Assembly: GCA_965203035.1 (NCBI GenBank)
Contig: OZ241858.1
Coordinates: 2,347,685 to 2,411,684 of the forward strand
Source: Candidatus Spongiisocius sp.
Lineage (GTDB): Bacteria; Actinomycetota; Acidimicrobiia; Spongiisociales; Spongiisociaceae
DNA: 64,000 bases
Direction of reading: 5' to 3'
In this document: positions 38,576 to 48,813 of the stretch, one piece after another
Position numbering within the stretch: position 1 is the first letter of the stretch
Layout: every line of letters begins with the position of its first letter
Program-made: the position numbers and the translations under genes
Notes under the pieces: generated by a model
Told to the model about the DNA's origin: nothing
What the model saw: only the letters and a program-made list of their open reading frames with translations
Database searches by the model: none

Positions 38576-41500
38576 ATGGCAGCCGACTTCTTCGCAGCTC
38601 CGATCCTCAACTCACCCTACGACGAGCCGAGTCGGCATTGGGAACTGGACGAGTCGGGACAGCCGACGCGCAGGATCGTCGATAACCGGAGACCTGCCGA
38701 GTTCATCACCCCCATCCCGGGGCCGAAGAAGCAGAAGGGGTCGGCCAAGCAAGCCGTCCTGCTGCTCGACGAGGGTAAGGGACTATCGACAGAGGATCAG
38801 CTATACGATCCAACGTCGACAATCAACGCGGTCCGCGAAGAGGTCAAGCAGTGGCGGGCCATACCCGATCCCAACCGGTGGCGGGTGACGCCGGAGACGG
38901 CACGCCTGCTCCAGCACTGGCGGAATCATCCTTTCTCGAGTATCCGTCCGTTCTTCTGCCAATTGGAGGCGGTCGAGACCGTGATCTGGCTCACCGAGGT
39001 AGCCCCCCGTGCCGGCCGGGTCGGTAGGGACTTCATCACTCACTTGGAGAGCACCAACCGTGATGCCAACCCGGAGATTTCCAGGCTGGCACTCAAGATG
39101 GCGACTGGTAGCGGGAAGACCACCGTGATGGCGATGTTGATTGCCTGGCAGACGATCAACGCGGTCCGCCGACCCCAGAACCGTAAGTTCACTCGTGGGT
39201 TCCTGGTGGTCACTCCCGGCATCACGATCAAGGACCGTCTGCGCGTGCTGCAGCCGAACGATCCAGACAGTTACTACCGGAGCCGTGAGCTGGTTCCGAG
39301 CGATCTGCTTGTCGATCTGGAACGAGCCAGGATCGTTATCACCAACTATCACTCCTTCAAGCTGCGCGAACGGATGAAACTGTCGAGAGGAACCCGGACG
39401 CTCCTTCAAGGGCGGGGTGAGGAACTCACGACCCTGGAATCCGAAGGGCAGATGCTGCAGCGGGTCATGCCCGAGCTAATGGGAATGAAGAGCGTCCTCG
39501 TCATGAACGACGAGGCCCATCACTGCTACCGGGAGAGGCAGGGTGCCAGCGAGGAAGCCAAGCCAGCCACGGAGGAGAGGCAGGAAGTCAAGGAGAACCG
39601 TGAAGCGGCTCGGCTGTGGATCTCGGGTCTTGAGGCAGTCGGCAGGAAGCTGCCCATCAATCGGGTGATCGATTTGTCGGCAACACCCTTCTTCCTGCGT
39701 GGATCGGGCTATGCCGAGGGTACGTTGTTCCCATGGACGATGAGCGACTTCTCCTTGATGGATGCGATAGAGAGCGGCATCGTCAAGCTCCCTCGCGTGC
39801 CGGTGGCAGACAACATCCCCGGAGGGGATATGCCCAAGTTCCGCAACCTCTGGACCCATATCAGAACCAGCATGCCTAAGAAGGGCCGGGGCAAGGGGAA
39901 GACGCTCGACCCGCTCAGCATCCCGGTGGAGCTCCAGACGGCACTCGAAGCCCTCTACGGTCACTATGCCACGACTTTCGACCTCTGGGAGCACGCCGGT
40001 ATCGAGGTTCCCCCGTGCTTCATCGTGGTCTGCAACAACACTTCCACATCAAAACTCGTCTATGACTACATCTCCGGCTTCGAACGCGAGAGTGGGGAGG
40101 CGTCAGCTCGTATCGAGAACGGCCGTCTAGAGCTTTTCCGCAACTTCGACGAATACGGCAACCGGCTGCCGAGGCCCCGCACCCTGCTGATCGACAGCCG
40201 GCAGATCGAGTCCGGCGACGCTCTGGCTCGGAACTTCCGCATGATGGCTAAGCCCGAGATAGACCGTTTCCGCCGCGAGATCATCGAGCGCACCGGCGAC
40301 CGCCTCCAAGCCGAGAATTTGACTGACGAGGACCTTCTCCGCGAGGTGATGAACACCGTCGGCAAGGCAGGCCGGTTGGGTGATTCGATCCGTTGCGTGG
40401 TTTCGGTGTCCATGCTGTCCGAGGGCTGGGACGCCAACACGGTTACCCACGTCCTCGGGGTCCGGGCCTTCGGGACGCAACTGCTGTGCGAGCAGGTGAT
40501 CGGGAGAGCGCTTCGCCGCCAATCCTACGACCTGAACGAGGATGACCGCTTCAACGTGGAGTACGCCGATGTCCTCGGCATTCCGTTCGATTTCACCGCC
40601 AAACCCGTAGTGGTCCGGCCTCAGCCTGCCCTTAAGACGGTCCGAGTGAAGGCTGTGAGTCCGGAGCGTGACGATCTTGAGATCCGCTTTCCGCGCGTGG
40701 CCGGATACCGGGTCGAGATGCCTGCGGATCGCCTCGATGCGCACTTCAACGACGACTCGACCCTTGTCCTCTCTCCCGATCTGGTAGGCCCGTCCATCAC
40801 CCGCAACGAGGGGATCTTCGGCGAAGGGGTGAATCTGGACCTCAGGCGCCTGGAAGGGGTGCGCCGGGCTACGGTGCTCTACCACCTGACCAAGTGGCTG
40901 CTCGAAAAGAAGTTCCGCGACGGCAACGGTGATCCTGAGCTTCACCTGTTCGGCCAGCTCAAACGGATAACCCGCGAATGGATGGACAGCTACCTCGTGT
41001 GCGAAGGCGGTACCCACTTCGCCCACCTTCTCTACCTGCAGCTCGGTGACACAGCCTGCGAGCGGATCGCTGCTGCCATCACGCGAGCGGCACTCAACAC
41101 CAACCGTCCGGTAAGGGCCACCCTTGACCACTACAACCCGATGGGGTCCACCCGTCACGTCTCGTTCAACACATCGAAGAAGACCCGCTGGAGGACGAGC
41201 CCCGCGCACTGCCACATCAACTGGGCGATATGCGACTCCGACTGGGAGGCCGAGTTCTGCCGGGTGGCCGAAGCGCATCCCCGCGTGCGTTCCTATGCCA
41301 AGAACCAGGGTCTCGGCCTAGACGTCCCTTACCGTATCGGGTCGGTGTCGCGGACCTACCTGCCCGACTTCGTGGTTCTCGTCGACGACGGCCGAGGTCC
41401 CGACGACCTTCTGCATCTGGTAGTCGAGATCAAGGGCTACCGGGGAGAGGACGCCAAGGAGAAGAAGTCGACCATGGACACCTACTGGGTTCCCGGCGTC

Positions 41501-41617
41501 AACCACCTCGGAAGCTTCGGACGGTGGGCCTTCGCCGAGTTCACGGATGTCTTCGAGATCGAGTCGGCGTTTGTCCAGATCATCGATCGCCATCTCCTCC
41601 AGTCCTCGTCCGCATGA
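38576..41617 (+). CDS. res: Type III restriction endonuclease subunit (BPTD_3080-like)
   Basis: MATGSGKT, DEAHH, EGWDA, QVIGRALRR, PDF..VEIKG. Confidence 0.92.
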   Translation: MAADFFAAPILNSPYDEPSRHWELDESGQPTRRIVDNRRPAEFITPIPGPKKQKGSAKQAVLLLDEGKGLSTEDQLYDPTSTINAVREEVKQWRAIPDPNRWRVTPETARLLQHWRNHPFSSIRPFFCQLEAVETVIWLTEVAPRAGRVGRDFITHLESTNRDANPEISRLALKMATGSGKTTVMAMLIAWQTINAVRRPQNRKFTRGFLVVTPGITIKDRLRVLQPNDPDSYYRSRELVPSDLLVDLERARIVITNYHSFKLRERMKLSRGTRTLLQGRGEELTTLESEGQMLQRVMPELMGMKSVLVMNDEAHHCYRERQGASEEAKPATEERQEVKENREAARLWISGLEAVGRKLPINRVIDLSATPFFLRGSGYAEGTLFPWTMSDFSLMDAIESGIVKLPRVPVADNIPGGDMPKFRNLWTHIRTSMPKKGRGKGKTLDPLSIPVELQTALEALYGHYATTFDLWEHAGIEVPPCFIVVCNNTSTSKLVYDYISGFERESGEASARIENGRLELFRNFDEYGNRLPRPRTLLIDSRQIESGDALARNFRMMAKPEIDRFRREIIERTGDRLQAENLTDEDLLREVMNTVGKAGRLGDSIRCVVSVSMLSEGWDANTVTHVLGVRAFGTQLLCEQVIGRALRRQSYDLNEDDRFNVEYADVLGIPFDFTAKPVVVRPQPALKTVRVKAVSPERDDLEIRFPRVAGYRVEMPADRLDAHFNDDSTLVLSPDLVGPSITRNEGIFGEGVNLDLRRLEGVRRATVLYHLTKWLLEKKFRDGNGDPELHLFGQLKRITREWMDSYLVCEGGTHFAHLLYLQLGDTACERIAAAITRAALNTNRPVRATLDHYNPMGSTRHVSFNTSKKTRWRTSPAHCHINWAICDSDWEAEFCRVAEAHPRVRSYAKNQGLGLDVPYRIGSVSRTYLPDFVVLVDDGRGPDDLLHLVVEIKGYRGEDAKEKKSTMDTYWVPGVNHLGSFGRWAFAEFTDVFEIESAFVQIIDRHLLQSSSA

Positions 41618-41866
41618 AGGCGACCAGGCGCTTCCATGAACAAGTGCTCCGACAGCGGCCTTACATCGATCCGGCTTGGTGTGTCAGAATTGGCGCCCGA
41701 ACCGCGTCGCCGAGGGAAGCAGTCTGGCGGAAGGATTCGTTTTGGGGGCAAAGTCGTACTGCCAGGCGAGACGAGCCCTCGGTTCCTCTGCGTCATTACG
41801 TTGGCGGATGGCGCAACCGTCCACAATACGTTCGTTGGTCGAGGCTTCCGAAAGGACGATCCATGA
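41614..41866 (+). pseudogene. Frameshifted small toxin-like gene paired with DUF2283
   Basis: MKATRRFHEQVLRQRPYIDPAWC continues in another frame as GRIRFGG..LCVITLADGATVHNTF; shift near 41690. Confidence 0.65.
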
Positions 41867-42078
41867 AGCTGCACTACTACCCGGAGAAGGACAGCCTCTG
41901 CGTTGAGTTCACGACGGCGCTCGGCACCGAGACTCGTGAGATCACGGATGGTATGAACGTGGACCTCGATGCGGAGGGCGAGGTGGTGGCCTTCGACATA
42001 GACCATGCTTCGAAGCGCCTGGACCTTGCCACACTTGAGACCAGATCACTACCGCTACATGCCACTAGGGCGGTGTGA
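41863..42078 (+). CDS. DUF2283 family putative antitoxin
   Basis: MKLHYYPEKDSLCVEF..VDLDAEGEVVAFDIDHAS. Confidence 0.85.
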   Translation: MKLHYYPEKDSLCVEFTTALGTETREITDGMNVDLDAEGEVVAFDIDHASKRLDLATLETRSLPLHATRAV

Positions 42079-44870
42079 CCGTGCCTCGGCGCAAGCAGCA
42101 GCGGAAGACCGTCTCGAACCTCACTCACGACGAGGCGAAGAGGCTCAACATCCCAACTGCTGAGTACGAGGCAGTGCTGGACGAAACAGGCCGAAGTCCG
42201 ATCCAGGTCGCCTACCTGCGTCGCAACTCCGAAGTAGACCCTCAGCTGGTCTGGCGAGGCAAGGATCTACTCGACTGGTCCGATCTAGTGGTTCCAGCAC
42301 CGCCACTCTTTATCCAGGAAAAGGTGCATCCCAAGGTACTGATCGATGATCTGATCAGCCGGACCAGGCAGAGCGACCGTGATGGGGCAGGCGCCGAATC
42401 TGGATTCCAGGCCGACCTCTTCGCCGACTTCAACGGGTTACCAGACGAGGCCTCCCAGACGGAGTTTTATCAGCACGACGCCAATTGGTCGAACCGTATG
42501 ATTCTGGGCGACAGTCTACAAGTGATGGCCTCTCTGGCGGAACGGGAGGGTCTCAGAGGAAAAGTACAGTGTATCTACGTAGATCCTCCGTATGGAATCA
42601 AGTTCAATTCCAACTTCCAGTGGTCCACTACGAGTCGTTATGTCCGAGATGGGAAGGCCGATCATATTACGCGAGAGCCGGAGCAGGTTAAGGCTTTTCG
42701 GGATACGTGGCGTGATGGGATTCACTCCTATCTCACTTATCTAAGGGACCGTATTACTATAGCCAGAGATCTGCTTACAGACAGCGGGTCTATCTTTTTT
42801 CAGATAGGAGATGAGAACGTTCACTTGGTCCGGGCTCTGCTTGATGATATTTTTGGTTCAGAACAGTTCGTATCCTTGATTTCCTTCCGAACGAAGATAC
42901 CTCTCAATGCTGCTCATTTGCCCAATATAGCAGACTATTTGATTTGGTATGCGAAAGACAAGGATGCACTCAAGTTCCGACGCCTCTTCACTAGAAGAAA
43001 GATTGGCCAAGGTACCCAATTCACAAAAGCTCTTCTCGACGATGGTTCAGTGATTAGTTCCTCAGACATATCAAGTAGAGACAAAGACTCGGCTCGACAC
43101 TTTCGACTAACGGATCTCATGGCATCTGGGTATACGGAGTCGTGTCACTTTGAGTTCAACCTGAAGGGTAGGAGAGCCTATCCCAATCCAACTACTAGTT
43201 GGAAAACCACTCCCCATGGTATGAGGCGGCTTATGGCCGCCGAGCGTGTAAGTTGGTCGAAGACGGTACCTGCCTATGTTTTCTTTGCGGATGACTACCC
43301 GATGATACAGATCACTAATCAGTGGGCTGATACACAAGGTGCAACTGGCAAGACATACGCAGTGCAAACTGCAACCAAGGTGATTCAACGCTGCCTTCTC
43401 ATGGCGTCGGATCCCGGCGACCTCGTGCTAGACCCCACGTGTGGAGCTGGCACCACAGCGTATGTTGCTGAGCAATGGGGCAGACGGTGGATCACAATCG
43501 ACACGTCCCGGGTCGCGCTCGCCTTAGCTCGAGCTCGTATCATGGGCGCGCGTTATCCCTACTACCTCCTTGCCGACAGTTTCGAGGGGCAACGCAAGCA
43601 GGCGGAGGTAACCCGAACTGCTCCGTCCGAGTCACCCACATTCGACAACATTCGGCAGGGATTCGTCTGTAAGCGAATTCCTCATGTCACGTTGGGTTCA
43701 ATCGCTAATAACGCCGAGATCGACGTGATCTGGGAACGGTTTCAGGAGACACTCGAACCACTGCGGGCTCGGTTGAACACTGAGCTGGACGAGGCATGGG
43801 AGGAGTGGGAGATACCTCAAGAGGCCGATGACCGATGGCCTGAGGAGGCTAATAGGCTCCACACGGATTGGTGGGGTCAGCGCATCGCTCGCCAGGACGA
43901 TATCGACGCTTCCATCGCCGCCATGTCCGACTACGAGTACCTCTATGACCAACCCTACGAGGATAGGCGGAGGGCACGCGTCGCCGGACCGTTCACGGTC
44001 GAGAGCATCTCACCTCACCGCACTCTGGCCGTCGGCAAGGACGACGAACTAATCGACTTCGCTGCCCATCCGAAACTCGATCACAGAGAGATACAGGACT
44101 TCAACACCATTATCGTCGAGCACCTCAAGACTTCTGGCGTGCAGCAGGCCCACAAGGATGACCGTATCATCTTCGCGTCTCTCACACCGTGGCCTGGCGA
44201 ATTAGTAGTCGCCGAGGGCGTCTACTACGAGGGCAGTGAGGAATCAGCCATCAAAAAGCGGGCTGCCGTCTTCATCGGTCCGGAATTCGGCACCGTAACC
44301 CGTCCCGATCTTGCCCAGGCAGCCCGGGAAGCAGGTGAGGCCGGTTTCGACATCCTGATCACCTGTGCCTTCAACTACGACGCCCGCTCGACCGAATTGG
44401 CAAGGATGGGCCGCGTTCCAATCCTAAAGGCTCGCATAAACGCTGACCTGCACATGGCCGGCGACCTCAAGAACACCGGCAAGGGAAATCTCTTCGTCAT
44501 CTTCGGTGAGCCCGACATCGAAATCCTCGATGCTGAGGACGACCAGATCCAGGTCAAGATCAACGGTGTCGATGTCTACCGTCCCAGCACTGGCGAGATC
44601 CAGAGCGACAACGCCGACGGCATCGCCTGCTGGTTCATCGACACCGACTACAACGAGGAGAGCTTCTTCGTACGCCACGCCTACTTCCTAGGCGCCAACG
44701 ATCCCTACAAGGCCCTGAAGACCACACTCAAGGCCGAGGTCAACCGCGAAGCCTGGGAAACGCTCCGTAGCGACACCTCCCGCCCGTTCGACAAACCATC
44801 CACCGGCCGCATCGCGGTCAAAGTCATCAACCACCTCGGAGACGAGGTCATGATCGTCCGCCGAGCATGA
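42075..44870 (+). CDS. mod: Type III R-M DNA methyltransferase (amino-MTase)
   Basis: NRMILGDSL, YVDPPYG, VLDPTCGAGTT, IAVKVINHLGDE. Confidence 0.92.
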   Translation: MTVPRRKQQRKTVSNLTHDEAKRLNIPTAEYEAVLDETGRSPIQVAYLRRNSEVDPQLVWRGKDLLDWSDLVVPAPPLFIQEKVHPKVLIDDLISRTRQSDRDGAGAESGFQADLFADFNGLPDEASQTEFYQHDANWSNRMILGDSLQVMASLAEREGLRGKVQCIYVDPPYGIKFNSNFQWSTTSRYVRDGKADHITREPEQVKAFRDTWRDGIHSYLTYLRDRITIARDLLTDSGSIFFQIGDENVHLVRALLDDIFGSEQFVSLISFRTKIPLNAAHLPNIADYLIWYAKDKDALKFRRLFTRRKIGQGTQFTKALLDDGSVISSSDISSRDKDSARHFRLTDLMASGYTESCHFEFNLKGRRAYPNPTTSWKTTPHGMRRLMAAERVSWSKTVPAYVFFADDYPMIQITNQWADTQGATGKTYAVQTATKVIQRCLLMASDPGDLVLDPTCGAGTTAYVAEQWGRRWITIDTSRVALALARARIMGARYPYYLLADSFEGQRKQAEVTRTAPSESPTFDNIRQGFVCKRIPHVTLGSIANNAEIDVIWERFQETLEPLRARLNTELDEAWEEWEIPQEADDRWPEEANRLHTDWWGQRIARQDDIDASIAAMSDYEYLYDQPYEDRRRARVAGPFTVESISPHRTLAVGKDDELIDFAAHPKLDHREIQDFNTIIVEHLKTSGVQQAHKDDRIIFASLTPWPGELVVAEGVYYEGSEESAIKKRAAVFIGPEFGTVTRPDLAQAAREAGEAGFDILITCAFNYDARSTELARMGRVPILKARINADLHMAGDLKNTGKGNLFVIFGEPDIEILDAEDDQIQVKINGVDVYRPSTGEIQSDNADGIACWFIDTDYNEESFFVRHAYFLGANDPYKALKTTLKAEVNREAWETLRSDTSRPFDKPSTGRIAVKVINHLGDEVMIVRRA

Positions 44871-45706
44871 ATCTCTGACTGGATGTCGAGTTCTCCACCG
44901 ACCGCCTTCCTTTCTTACTCTTGGGATGACGATGACCATCGAGCCTGGGTCCGGTCCCTGGCGGAGCGTCTTAGGAGAGACGGTATAGACGCCAAGCTGG
45001 ACCAGTGGGAGATGGCACTTGGGGACCAGATCCCAGAGTTCATGGAGCGAAGTATCCGCGACAATGACTTCGTGGTGATCATCTGTACACCACGCTATCG
45101 GACACGTGCGGACGGCCGTGAAGGAGGCGTCGGATACGAGGGCGACATCATGACCGCGGAGGTCATGAGTCAAAGGAACCGCCGTAAGTTCATCCCTGTC
45201 TGGCGGAGGGGAAGGTGGGAAGAAGCCGCTCCTTCCTGGTTAGGTGGAACGTTGCGAATAGACCTAACTGATGATCCATACGATGAGAAGGAGTACCAAG
45301 AACTGCTCAGGACACTACGGGGCGAGCGACGGAAGCCCCCACCTGTAGGCGGACATAAGGGTACCAAGCCTAAGTCCGGTCAGGCCCAGACGGCAGCCCC
45401 GGGTGAGGTAGGCGCATCTGCTAAGGAGAAGCCCGTCGAAGACATTCACATTCTCCGTGTGATCTCGGATGAAGTAACTTATCCGAGGAACGACGGTACG
45501 CGGGGAAGCGCACTGTACACCGTTCCGTTCCTGCTATCGGCCTCTCCGTCAGCAACGTGGGCTCGACTCTTCCTGAGGCATTGGAACCCGCCCGGCGAGG
45601 TTCACTCTTCGGCACCGACCTAGAATCGCGAGCGTCAGCGGAAACCAGATCCTGCTAGAGGGCACGACCATCGAAGAGGTTGAGGAGGTGCATCTCGCGA
45701 CCTTAG

Positions 45707-47441
45707 CCTGAATCCACCGATGGCCTTGTCGGGGTGGTGGCTGAGGGGGTTGTGGGTGGGTTGAGTCGGGGCTGGGGGGTGTTGAGTCGGGGGTTGGGGT
45801 GTTGGTGGGGTCGATTGGTTCCGGTTTTCGGGGGTGGTGGTTGATGTTCGGGGGTGGTGGTTGTTGTTTGAGACGTGTGGGATTGGGGTGTGGGTGGTCG
45901 GTTGCGGTGTGGGGTGGGCTGGTTGGGGGTTAGCAGAGCTGGGGTAGGGCTCGGAGGTTTGTGAGGGTGGTCAGATATGTTCGGGCCCAGGGCCATCGGG
46001 TGGGTAGGCGGAGTTTGTGGTGGCGGCTGTGGTTGACCAAGCGGCCGGGGATGCCGAACAGTCGGTTGCGGATGGTGCGGCCGGAGACGAGTTTTGTGGG
46101 GGGTTGTGTTCGGCCCAACAGGGTTATCCATCGGGTCATGTTGTGGGCTAGGGCGGCGCAGGTGAGCCAGGCGGCGTTGGCGGCGAAGCTTCCGGACGGT
46201 AGGTGGGAGAGACCGGCTGAGCTTTTGAGGTCTCTGATTGCGAGTTCGCAGACGGCGTGGTGGCGGTGGTATCGGTCTGCTTCGATTGCTGTGGGGCATT
46301 CGGTGTCTGTGTCGGCCCTCGGGTGGTGGTGCTGGTCGGCTTCGGTTGCGGATGGGTTGAGGTTGGTGACGAAGGTGTGGTAGCGCCAGTCGGGCCATAG
46401 TCGCTTTTGGGGGCCGACCAGGCGGGTGCGGCGCACCACGAGACGGAGTTTCATCCGCTCCGTGCGGCGGGTGCGATGTGTCGCCCAGATGGTGGTCTGG
46501 GCGACCTGCGCGACGCCGTCTTGGGGGTAGTCGATAGGAGCCCACGCGTCTTTGTCTATTTCGGCTATTGCTTGGCGAACGTTGTTGTACTGGGGGGTGG
46601 TGATCGACCAACCCACGCCGAGGCTCTCCAGCGTTTTGAACATTTCATAGGACCAGAACCCCGAATCAGCTCGCACAGTGATCTCGCCTGATGCTCCAGC
46701 CCGCCGCACACGCCCGATGGTTTCTTTGGCGAAGTGGACCACACCCCGCTGTGATGCCCCTTCCCGCAGGCGGGCACCGACCACCTCTCCCGTGTCAGCC
46801 CGGGTCGCTACCAGGGGGTGATAGCCCAACACGTTCGTATACCCATAGGCGGCGCCTTGTTTGGCTTTGCCCGACACCTCACAGATCGTCGAGTCGAAAT
46901 CCATGGTCAACTCCCCATCACCGGGCCCCACGCCTGCTTCCCATGCCCGACGCAGCGCCGCTTCCGCCGCTTTGTCCAACTGACGTGTGTGCCCCCAGGT
47001 GAACGAACGCAGAAACGTGCCCACCGTCGACGGCGCCATCACCCCAAAAGGCAATACCCGCTCCGTTGAACCGGCCCGGAGCCGATCCACATGATCAATA
47101 TGAGAACCCCCCACCAGCATCGACGCAACCAACGTCAATGTCTTCCGACCCGGATTCGCGCCACCAACCCGACCCCCCAACCCCACCGTCTTATCCACCA
47201 ACTCTTCCAACCCCAACCGGTCCATCAACGTCCCAGCCGCCAGCAACCCCGCGTCAGCCACCAAACCCTCATCGTCGAAAACCACCCTCAACCGATCAAT
47301 GTTCTGCGATACTCCACTCACAGGAAGTGCCTCCCGACTCTGAGCCAATACCCATACTTTCAACGGTTATTGTCCCAGGTCAGAGGCACTTTCCTGCATC
47401 AATCCACCCCCTCAACCCCCAACCAGCTCGGTGGATTCAGG
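45707..47441 (-). mobile_element. IS1380-family insertion sequence, copy 2 (1735 bp)
   Basis: Same IRs as copy 1; TSD CTTAG at 45702-45706 and 47442-47446. Confidence 0.95.
45930..47321 (-). CDS. IS1380-family DDE transposase
   Basis: Protein identical to copy 1 in the ORF track. Confidence 0.93.
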   Translation of the reverse strand: MSGVSQNIDRLRVVFDDEGLVADAGLLAAGTLMDRLGLEELVDKTVGLGGRVGGANPGRKTLTLVASMLVGGSHIDHVDRLRAGSTERVLPFGVMAPSTVGTFLRSFTWGHTRQLDKAAEAALRRAWEAGVGPGDGELTMDFDSTICEVSGKAKQGAAYGYTNVLGYHPLVATRADTGEVVGARLREGASQRGVVHFAKETIGRVRRAGASGEITVRADSGFWSYEMFKTLESLGVGWSITTPQYNNVRQAIAEIDKDAWAPIDYPQDGVAQVAQTTIWATHRTRRTERMKLRLVVRRTRLVGPQKRLWPDWRYHTFVTNLNPSATEADQHHHPRADTDTECPTAIEADRYHRHHAVCELAIRDLKSSAGLSHLPSGSFAANAAWLTCAALAHNMTRWITLLGRTQPPTKLVSGRTIRNRLFGIPGRLVNHSRHHKLRLPTRWPWARTYLTTLTNLRALPQLC

Positions 47442-47958
47442 CTTAGAGTTGGCGATCGACGCCGCCAATCGTGAATACCAGGCGCATGTCGCGCGGGAGG
47501 CGAGACGGCGACGTGCGAAAGAAGCCGAGCGGGAGCGACATCGCAGCAACGTCCGTGACGTCGCATCCAGGATTAGGTTCGACTGAGTCACAGCCTTGGA
47601 AGTACGACCGCTGTAGCGGTGATCCAAATCCCCAGTGTGTCAGCCGTCATGTGTTCAGTTCCTCTTCGACATGATGCGTCCGTCGCAGGGGTACTGGGAT
47701 TCGGGGGAAGGGCACCTATTGACCAGATCACCGGCGGTCCCGACCCTCATCTGGATCGCCAGATCATGTAAGAAATGGTCGGATGGGTCGGTCGTCGAGC
47801 ATGCTCCATCATCATCGGAAGCGCCGTGTCAGCGCCGACTGCATCCACCCAGGCCCACGCAGCGGACCCAGACCCGACAATGTCCGACCAATGGCTACCT
47901 TGCTAATTCTTCACAGTCACCTGCACCATCCGTGGTACCTAAACGGTAGGAGCTCGTG

Positions 47959-47986
47959 GTGTCCCATAATGCACGTTATGTAAAGC
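47959..47986 (+). other. dif-like XerC/XerD recombination site
   Basis: GTGTCCCATAA-TGCACG-TTATGTAAAGC has the 11-6-11 layout; E. coli dif is GGTGCGCATAA-TGTATA-TTATGTTAAAT. Confidence 0.65.
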
Positions 47987-48051
47987 TACGGTTTGGGGGA
48001 TGTCGCAACTACTAGGGTTGCGTATAGGTTGCACCAAGGTACAATGCTCCC

Positions 48052-48813
48052 ATGATCTCGATTGACCACCTCTTGGAAAGTGATCTAGACACAGCCTGCA
48101 AGATCGCTGCCGGCATCGTTCCCGATGTGGTCGCTGCGCTGGATCAACTGGTGCCGCTACTGCCGGCCGGGGCGGACCGTGCCGCATTGCGTCGCTACTA
48201 CATCGCTGTCGATGCCGCAGTGCAGACTCTGACATCGTTGCCGGCCAGGAATCCGGAAACCCATGTCCCTCCTGTCGTGGTGTGCCAACTGCTGCGGAGA
48301 AACATCGCGGAGTTGGCGTGGGTCGCACCGTCGGCTGACGGGACCGGTGTTCTCACAGCGTTGGTCGACCGCATCCGGGGGCTGGTCGGTGGCCTCCCCC
48401 AGCAATGTGTCAAAGCGCGGTTCGATGTCGACGAATATAGCTTCGGATGGTTCCTTGAATCGATGGTTGACCTGGAGTTCGAGCAAAGGTGCGGTTCACC
48501 GCTGCGGCGCGCTATGAGGACTCTGGAACTATCGAGCACCGAGATGGCGGGATTGATGGGAGTGACCCGCCAAGCGGTGGACAAGTGGCTACTGAGCACC
48601 CCGCCGATCGAGCGAATGCCAAAGATCGGAGCAATAGCCGAGATCTCCGACATGCTGCGGCACCGGCTACGCGAAGGTATGCCCCCCGTGGTGGCGCGGC
48701 GTCCGGCAGACGCATACGGCGGACGGAGCATGCTCGAGGTGATCGCTGACGACGAGCATGAGTGGCTGCGTAGGTCGGTGAAGGACAGCTTCGACTATGC
48801 ACGCGTCGCGTGA
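48052..48813 (+). CDS. Xre/MbcA/ParS-like antitoxin with N-terminal extension
   Basis: HTH LSSTEMAGLMGVTRQAVDKW; RRPADAYGGRSMLEVI tail; upstream of a RES gene; -10 TACAAT positioned for leaderless ATG. Confidence 0.75.
   Translation: MISIDHLLESDLDTACKIAAGIVPDVVAALDQLVPLLPAGADRAALRRYYIAVDAAVQTLTSLPARNPETHVPPVVVCQLLRRNIAELAWVAPSADGTGVLTALVDRIRGLVGGLPQQCVKARFDVDEYSFGWFLESMVDLEFEQRCGSPLRRAMRTLELSSTEMAGLMGVTRQAVDKWLLSTPPIERMPKIGAIAEISDMLRHRLREGMPPVVARRPADAYGGRSMLEVIADDEHEWLRRSVKDSFDYARVA

Larger units (their letters stand above)
44883..47586 (+). pseudogene. TIR/SEFIR-domain protein, frameshifted near 45590 and interrupted by IS1380
   Basis: AFLSYSWD..LDQW..GGVGYE; reconstructed C-terminus RFTLRHRPRIASVSGNQILLEGTTIEEVEEVHLATL|ELAIDAANREY..VASRIRFD* resumes after the IS. 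Confidence 0.82.

Noticed and set aside
42075-44870. Phase-variable simple repeats in mod
   Set aside because: No homopolymer or short tandem tract of note was seen.
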